64,000 bases of DNA from Tepidisphaera sp. (GTDB taxonomy: Bacteria > Planctomycetota > Phycisphaerae > Phycisphaerales > UBA1924). Positions 58,067 to 64,000 of this stretch are shown in pieces (positions within the stretch are counted from its first letter, which is position 1; every line of letters starts with the position of its first letter). Location: NCBI GenBank assembly GCA_050916045.1, contig CP051526.1, positions 3,840,001-3,904,000 of the forward strand. The letters are read 5' to 3'. Both the position numbers and the translations under genes were made by a program. The notes under the pieces are model-generated. The model saw nothing but the letters and a program-made list of their open reading frames with translations. It ran no database searches and had not been told where the DNA came from.

Positions 58067-59620
58067 TCAGCAGCCCGACTCGAACTGCGACACAAAGTCG
58101 TCATAGTCGAAGAAATCCACGAAGTCATCGCCGTTGAAGTCCGCCGTCTTGCCCGGCGGGCATTCGGCGATCTCAAAGCACGTCACGTACTCGTCGTAGT
58201 CGAAGAAATCGAGGAACCCGTCCCCGTTGAAGTCCGCCGGACACCCGGACTCGCAGATGTCCGCCTGACCGTTCCCGTTCCCGTCGGCGCACGTCGTGAA
58301 CGCGCCCGCCCACGTCCCGCCCGCGCCGCTGCACTGAGCGCTCGTGAGCGACAGGCAGAACCCGGTGCTGAAGCAGCACGCACCCGTCGGCTGCGGGCAG
58401 TTCGCGTTGGCGCAGTTGGTCCCCACGCCGCGGAACGTCCCGCTCTGAAGAGCGCACTCGCCGGCCGTCGTCGTGATGCACGACCCGTCGGGCAAGCAGC
58501 ACGCGCCCGTCGGGCACGAGTTGTTCGCGCCGCAGTTCGTGTTGGCACCCGCGAAGTTGCCCCCCGCACCGCTGCACTGCTCCGCCGTCAGGCCCGAGAT
58601 GCAGAATCCGTTGCTGAAGCAGCATGCGCCCGTCGGCTGGGGACAGTTCCCGCACGCCGCACCATCACCCTGGAAAGTCCCGCCCGCCGCGATGCACTCG
58701 CCCGAGGACGTCGTCACGCACGACCCGTCCGGAAGACAGCACGCGCCCACGCCGGGCGTGCAGTTCAGGCTCGACCACGTCGTCCGGCTCACCCAGTCGC
58801 CCGTCGGGCGGCAGAGGCCGGCCGTCAGTTGCGAGAACCGCGCCCACCCGCCGTTGGGCGGACAGCCGAAGCCCCCGCAGTTCAGCCCGAATAGCCAGTT
58901 GGCGCTCGACACCGCAAGCCCCGAAACGTCCGTGCACGGGAATGCGTTGCGCCGAGCGTCCGGTGCCGTCGTGCACGGATTCGTCGGCGGCTGATTATGA
59001 CGATCGATCCGGAACGCGACCGTGAACTTGCGCGAACCGTTGTCGTTCAGAACCAGCTGCTCCGGATCGTTCGGATCAATCAGGAACTGCAGGTTGACGC
59101 CGTTGGTCCCCGGAGGAATCTGGATGTGCGGCAGAATGTCCCCGTCGGAGGAGTACGTCGCCACCAGCGTGCCCGTCGTCGGTTCGCCCTCGTAAAAAAG
59201 CAGCGACCACTGCGTCACCGTCGTGACCGTCGTCGCGCTCGTCACCACCAGAACCTCCGTCTGGTTGTGCTTGATCGGCCAGTCCGCAACCGGCACCGTG
59301 TACGTCGCCGCGAACATCTCGTTCTGCGAGAATCCCGCCTGCGCGACGTAGCTCCCGCCCTCGAAGTTCGCGTCCGTGTGCGACGACACCACGTTGCACG
59401 CTCGCGAACCGAACCCGCCGTCGATCTCGCCGCGTGGCGTCACACGGAGCGTCCGAAGCTCCGAAAGCCGGATCGGCACCTGAATCGTCCCGCGCGGCGC
59501 TGTCGGAGACCCGACCGACGGCTCATCCGCCCTCGCCGTCCCGCCCAGCCCGCAGGCCAGACCACCCACCAGCGAAACCAAAGCCACCCCGCACACCCTC
59601 TCGATCCATCCACGACGCAT
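58067..59620 (-). CDS. Secreted protein with four Cys-rich GACC repeats and dockerin-like tail
   Basis: GAGGTG RBS; signal peptide; 4x GACC...GxC...C...G.(F/W).G...C; ends ESGC. Confidence 0.85.
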   Translation of the reverse strand: MRRGWIERVCGVALVSLVGGLACGLGGTARADEPSVGSPTAPRGTIQVPIRLSELRTLRVTPRGEIDGGFGSRACNVVSSHTDANFEGGSYVAQAGFSQNEMFAATYTVPVADWPIKHNQTEVLVVTSATTVTTVTQWSLLFYEGEPTTGTLVATYSSDGDILPHIQIPPGTNGVNLQFLIDPNDPEQLVLNDNGSRKFTVAFRIDRHNQPPTNPCTTAPDARRNAFPCTDVSGLAVSSANWLFGLNCGGFGCPPNGGWARFSQLTAGLCRPTGDWVSRTTWSSLNCTPGVGACCLPDGSCVTTSSGECIAAGGTFQGDGAACGNCPQPTGACCFSNGFCISGLTAEQCSGAGGNFAGANTNCGANNSCPTGACCLPDGSCITTTAGECALQSGTFRGVGTNCANANCPQPTGACCFSTGFCLSLTSAQCSGAGGTWAGAFTTCADGNGNGQADICESGCPADFNGDGFLDFFDYDEYVTCFEIAECPPGKTADFNGDDFVDFFDYDDFVSQFESGC

Positions 59621-59875
59621 CCTGCACCTCCGAACGGCTTGGCCGCACGATCTCTCCAGACGCCCGACTGCCCCGAACCTTCCAAGATACTCCCGAGCGT
59701 CTCCAAGATACTCGAAACCCGGGAGGAAAGGCACCCCAAACGTCGCGCCAACGCGCGATCCGCCGAAGAACTCGGCCTCTTTCAGGTCCGCACCCGCCCC
59801 GCCGACGGTTCCCGGCCCTCCAACATTCCCCGTTCTCGGACATCCCCCGCCGCACGGCGCGATACGCTGCCACGC

Positions 59876-61129
59876 GTGAACCCGCCGGCTTCCAACATCC
59901 CCCCGGCCCGCGATGCCGCCGTCGCGGTCGTGCGCACCCTCCGCGAAGCCGGCCACATCGCCTACTTCGCCGGCGGCTGCGTTCGCGACGAACTCCTCGG
60001 CCGCGAGCCCAGCGATTACGACGTCGCGACCGACGCGGTGCCCGACCGCGTGCGCACGCTCTTTCGAAAAACCGCCGCCGTCGGTGCCTCGTTCGGGGTG
60101 ATTCTCGTCAAGCAGTCCGGCCATGTCATCGAGGTCGCCACGTTCCGGGCCGACGGCGCGTACTCCGATGCACGCCGCCCGGACTCCGTCCGCTTCAGCA
60201 CCCCCGAGGAAGATGCCGCTCGCCGGGATTTCACCGTCAACGCCCTCTTCCTGGACCCGCTGGACCCCGCCAGCCAGAGCGGCAAGATCATCGATTTTGT
60301 CGGCGGGGAAGCCGACGTCGGCAGACGCATCCTCCGCGCCGTGGGCGACCCCGACGCCCGCTTGGCCGAAGACCACCTGCGAGCCCTGCGGGCCGTCCGC
60401 CTCTCGGGCAAACTCGGCTTCTCGATCGAGCCCGCGACCGCGGCGGCGATCAAGCGTCATGCCGCTTCGCTGACCGGTGTCAGCCGTGAGCGCGTCGGCG
60501 ATGAGATCCGGGCGATTCTCGCGACGCCGGGCCGCGCTCGATCGATCGCCCTGCTGCACTCGCTCGGGCTTGAGCCTTCGGTGCTGGCGCTTCGCATGGT
60601 CGCCGATGACCTTCCGTTGCCGCGTCTGACCGCCTTGGACCCGCACGCTTCGGTCAACGCCGCGTTGGGCGCTTGGTGCGAGGACCTGTCACCGACGCTG
60701 GACGAAAGCACGATCCGACCGACGGTGAGCCGGGTTCGAAAGTCGCTTTGCCTCAGCAACGCCGAGGACGAAGCCCTGCTCGGCACGCTTTCCCGCCTCT
60801 GGTTCCTCCGAAGCTCTTGGGCTTTGGCCCCGGTCGCGGCCCGCAAGCGACAAGCCGCCAGCCCGGGCTTTCAGGATGCCCTCGCCGTCATCCAAGCCGA
60901 ATCGCCCCAAGCGGCGGCACAGATCCGGGCAGACGTCGCAACCCTTGAGAGCGACGGGGTGGGGCTCGCACCGGACGCACTTGTTTCGGGTGATGATCTG
61001 ATTGCCGCCGGCCACAAGCCCGGACCTCGGTTTCGTTTGGTTCTTGACCGGGTCTACGACGCCCAGCTCGAAGGCCGGGTCTCGAAAAAGGGTGCCGCGA
61101 TGGAACTCGCGAGCAGGTTGTTCGTCTGA
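59876..61129 (+). CDS. cca: CCA tRNA nucleotidyltransferase / poly(A) polymerase family
   Basis: GGCVRD, DYDVAT, EVATFR, RRDFTVNA, EDHLR. Confidence 0.9.
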   Translation: MNPPASNIPPARDAAVAVVRTLREAGHIAYFAGGCVRDELLGREPSDYDVATDAVPDRVRTLFRKTAAVGASFGVILVKQSGHVIEVATFRADGAYSDARRPDSVRFSTPEEDAARRDFTVNALFLDPLDPASQSGKIIDFVGGEADVGRRILRAVGDPDARLAEDHLRALRAVRLSGKLGFSIEPATAAAIKRHAASLTGVSRERVGDEIRAILATPGRARSIALLHSLGLEPSVLALRMVADDLPLPRLTALDPHASVNAALGAWCEDLSPTLDESTIRPTVSRVRKSLCLSNAEDEALLGTLSRLWFLRSSWALAPVAARKRQAASPGFQDALAVIQAESPQAAAQIRADVATLESDGVGLAPDALVSGDDLIAAGHKPGPRFRLVLDRVYDAQLEGRVSKKGAAMELASRLFV

Positions 61130-61302
61130 GTCGTCATCACGCAAAGGACCGCCAAGCCGTCTCAGCGGAACCCGTGTGATGGGCCCCTATCTCAGTAGAT
61201 GGGGCTATCGACTACACTGAGAGGTCGACGGACGATCCGTGGGTTCTTTCGGTCGTACGTATCACGAGTCCAATCCCTCTTCAGGGGAAAAGCGAGGTCG
61301 CA

Positions 61303-62775
61303 ATGAAGTTCAGCCCGGCAAAGCAGTCTCTTGGTGGACGTTTCTGGCGTGGATTGTCCGCTCTGGCGGTGGCCGCCGGCGGTGCCATGGCGTTGGTCCC
61401 CACGTCGACACTCTCGACGGCACACGCGTACGCCTTCGCGAATGAGGAGGACGTGATCATCCTCAAGGCGGGCAACGTCGAGATTCGCGGCGAGATTCTC
61501 GCGGAGACCGACACGACCATCAAGTTCAAGGGCAAGATGTCCGGGATCACGATCGAGAAGGAATTCGCCAAGAGCGACCTGGCTTCGATCACCCGCGGCA
61601 AGAAGTCCGAAGCCAAGACCGACGCGGCCCCGACGCCCGGCGCCAAGCCGAGCCAGCCCGCCACGGCTCCCAAGACCGACTCGTCGACCCCTGACGTCAG
61701 CAAGACCAACATCTACGTCATCGAGATGGTGGGCGAGTTCGGCGTGGACATCTCGCAGACCCCCATCCGCGCCGCGGTCAAGGACGCTCTCAAGAACAAA
61801 GCGGACGTGATCATCTGCGTGCTTGACAGCAAGCCTGCCGAGGACACGGGCACTCCCGCGTCCGTCGAAGAGCGCTTCGACGAGATCTTCCGGTCCGAAG
61901 CGGTCACCCCGATCTTCGTCGAAGAGATTCCGCGTGACTGGAAGCCCAAGCCCCGCATCGTCTTCTGGGTCAAGAATGCCATCGGCGGCTCGGCCATGCT
62001 CCCCTTCGTCTGCCCGGAGGTCTACATGTCCTCCGAAGCGGTCTGGGGCGGCATCGGCTACCTGACCAACCAGTTCGACGGCGTCGGCAACGCGGTGGTG
62101 CAGCACAAGCAGTACTCCCTCCGCATCGGCCACGCTCAGGGCTGGGCCAACACCGGCGGGTACAACCCCAACCTGATCAACGCGATGGCCGCGGCTCCGT
62201 ACGTGATGAGCTACAAGATCACCGGCGACAAGGTCGAGTTCTTCGAGCGGATGCCCGACCCGCTCAAGGGCGAGATCCTCCTGACCGACGACGGCGAGGG
62301 CTCCAACCGCGACTCGATCAAGGCGGTCCTGGAAAACAAGGGCGACGACTGCCTCACCCTGACGCCCAAGGTCGCCCGCGACATCAAGGTCTCCAAGGGC
62401 ACAGTCGACAATATGGACGACCTGATCTTCTCCTTGGGCTATGAGCGCACCGGCAACATCGTCGCCGGGCGTTCCAAAGCGATCATGGACGGCTGGAAGA
62501 AGGAAGTCGTCGACGCCAAGAAGAGCATCCGCCGCGCCATCGACGAGTACCTCGACGTCCGCGTCGAGGAACCGGGCGACTACGCCGCCAGGACCAAAGC
62601 CCGCGGCATCCGAAAGAACCGCATCGAACGCATCCTCTCGATCCTTGAGAAGTATGAGGAAGCGATCTCTCAGCGCTGGCGCGGTCAGAACCGTGTTCCC
62701 CCCAACGCCGCTCTCCGCCAGATCATCGACAACATCAAGACCGAGCAGATGCTCGACCGGCCGGAAGGCCGCTGA
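61303..62775 (+). CDS. Secreted ClpP/crotonase-fold (NfeD N-domain-like) protein, nucleophile apparently lost
   Basis: Signal peptide; IICVLDS...VFWVKNAIGGSAM...EVYMSSEAVWGG. Confidence 0.6.
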   Translation: MKFSPAKQSLGGRFWRGLSALAVAAGGAMALVPTSTLSTAHAYAFANEEDVIILKAGNVEIRGEILAETDTTIKFKGKMSGITIEKEFAKSDLASITRGKKSEAKTDAAPTPGAKPSQPATAPKTDSSTPDVSKTNIYVIEMVGEFGVDISQTPIRAAVKDALKNKADVIICVLDSKPAEDTGTPASVEERFDEIFRSEAVTPIFVEEIPRDWKPKPRIVFWVKNAIGGSAMLPFVCPEVYMSSEAVWGGIGYLTNQFDGVGNAVVQHKQYSLRIGHAQGWANTGGYNPNLINAMAAAPYVMSYKITGDKVEFFERMPDPLKGEILLTDDGEGSNRDSIKAVLENKGDDCLTLTPKVARDIKVSKGTVDNMDDLIFSLGYERTGNIVAGRSKAIMDGWKKEVVDAKKSIRRAIDEYLDVRVEEPGDYAARTKARGIRKNRIERILSILEKYEEAISQRWRGQNRVPPNAALRQIIDNIKTEQMLDRPEGR

Positions 62776-62824
62776 TCGGGCCGCCCACCACCGAAGTTCA
62801 CAACCCAGTGAGGAAGGACCAACC

Positions 62825-64000
62825 ATGAAAGCATCGAAACTGATCACCGCGGGCTTCGCGGGACTGATGATGGCGGCCCAAGCCGTGCAGGCCGCTCCGC
62901 TTCATACGAGCGTTCCGTCGCAGCTGGTGACGGCCGCTCTCGCCCAGCCCGGCTCCGCATCGGCTCCGGCGGCGGCCCCGGCTATCGCTCCGGCGAACAA
63001 GGACGCCAAGGATGACCGCGCCACGGACGGCAAGACCAAAGCCGCGGTCATCACCTTCGGCGATGAAGAGAACGGCGACATGGTGGGCATCTACGCCACC
63101 GCCGAGTCGTTCCGCCGCACCATCCAGATGCTCAAGGATGAGAAGGTCGACATCGTCGTCGTCCGTTTCAAGTCCGGCGGCGGCATGCTTCTCGAGATTC
63201 AGAAGCTCTCCGACGTCTTCCACACCGAGTTCAAGAAGGACTTCCGACTGGTCGCCTGGATCGACTCGGCGATCTCCGCCGCGGCGATGAGCGCCCACTG
63301 CTTCGAAGAGATCTACTTCACGCCGCAGGGCAACTACGGCGCGTGCACCGGCTTCTCCGGCCGCCTCAACGCGATGAAGGGCCCGGGCCTCGAGCGCGTC
63401 CTGATGGACATGGAGAAGATCTCCGCCCGCGGCAACTACGACCCCAAGATCATGCGGGCCATGCAGATCTCGGCCATCGCCGAGGAGTGCGAAGAACTCA
63501 AAATCTCTCCGCCCTGGGGCGCCCTCTCGGCCAACGTCAACGAAGACACCGGCGAGGTCACCTTCTACCAGGACGCCACCTCCGGCAGCATCGTCCTCAA
63601 CCCTAAGGGCGGCGTTCACGTCCTGACCTTCAACGCTCTCGAAGCGGCCAAGGTGAAGTTCTCCAAGGGCACCGCGTCCACCCTCGAGGACCTCGGCAGG
63701 GCCATGGGCCTCACCGAGGTTGAGTGGGTCGGCCGTCCCGACAAGCGCTTCGTCTGGCCGGTGAGCAAGGCCGAGCAGTCTCTCCTGGACTTCCGCAAGA
63801 AGACCAAGGTCGACGAAGAGAACTTCAACCGCTACATGACCAACCTCAACAACTTCCTCAACCTCGCAGCGAACGCCCGCGACGAGGACCGCGGCAAGCT
63901 CGTCGGTCAGGCTCGCCAGTGGCTGAACCAGATCAAAGCCATGGTGAAGAACAACCCGAATTGGGCCCTCTTGAACTTCGGCGGCGACGAAGAGTTCAAT
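62825..64000 (+). CDS. Secreted NfeD/ClpP-like serine protease (3'-truncated; absent from the ORF track)
   Basis: AGGAAGG RBS, ATG at 62825; manual translation gives MKASKLITAG...RFKSGGG...VAWIDSAISAAAM...IYFTPQGNYGA; appears open to the window end. Confidence 0.75.
   Translation, partial: MKASKLITAGFAGLMMAAQAVQAAPLHTSVPSQLVTAALAQPGSASAPAAAPAIAPANKDAKDDRATDGKTKAAVITFGDEENGDMVGIYATAESFRRTIQMLKDEKVDIVVVRFKSGGGMLLEIQKLSDVFHTEFKKDFRLVAWIDSAISAAAMSAHCFEEIYFTPQGNYGACTGFSGRLNAMKGPGLERVLMDMEKISARGNYDPKIMRAMQISAIAEECEELKISPPWGALSANVNEDTGEVTFYQDATSGSIVLNPKGGVHVLTFNALEAAKVKFSKGTASTLEDLGRAMGLTEVEWVGRPDKRFVWPVSKAEQSLLDFRKKTKVDEENFNRYMTNLNNFLNLAANARDEDRGKLVGQARQWLNQIKAMVKNNPNWALLNFGGDEEFN

Noticed and set aside
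730..58240. Dispersed GACTTCTTCGACTAC-like DNA repeats as a mobile or non-coding repeat family
   Set aside because: Fully explained by the coding sequence of the paralogous dockerin-like tails.
58067..61129. Long overlapping N-terminal extensions of the 859-aa and 710-aa ORFs
   Set aside because: Better starts at 59620 (RBS + signal peptide) and 59876 (-10 box + homology start) remove the overlap.

Overview
High-GC bacterial DNA, most consistent with Planctomycetota, class Phycisphaerae. This is inferred from ten secreted proteins ending in a CxADFNxDGFxDFFDY...GC dockerin-like tail, a TIGR02999-type ECF sigma factor paired with a Ser/Thr kinase, and a VPxP-CTERM protein. Scattered housekeeping genes (rnpA, yidD, tmk, metG, trpS, yicC, secG, nuoE, cca, fabF) are interleaved with accessory genes. 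I found no tRNA, rRNA, CRISPR array or intact transposase. Main leads: (1) a CRISPR-free cluster of ECF sigma, soluble anti-sigma-like protein, TPR-CHAT protease and secreted subtilase; (2) five variable membrane proteins with a C-terminal zinc ribbon, each next to a REP-like arm from one of three repeat families, plus a truncated RAYT-like transposase; (3) an 8 x 21-bp GTCG-N5-CGAC array upstream of a cytoplasmic helical+FN3-like protein ending in LAA; (4) two active/inactive enzyme pairs (ketosynthases; NfeD/ClpP-like proteases); (5) a recurring TANNNT-N5-8-start pattern suggesting leaderless mRNAs. All family assignments are from motif recognition by eye; no searches were run.
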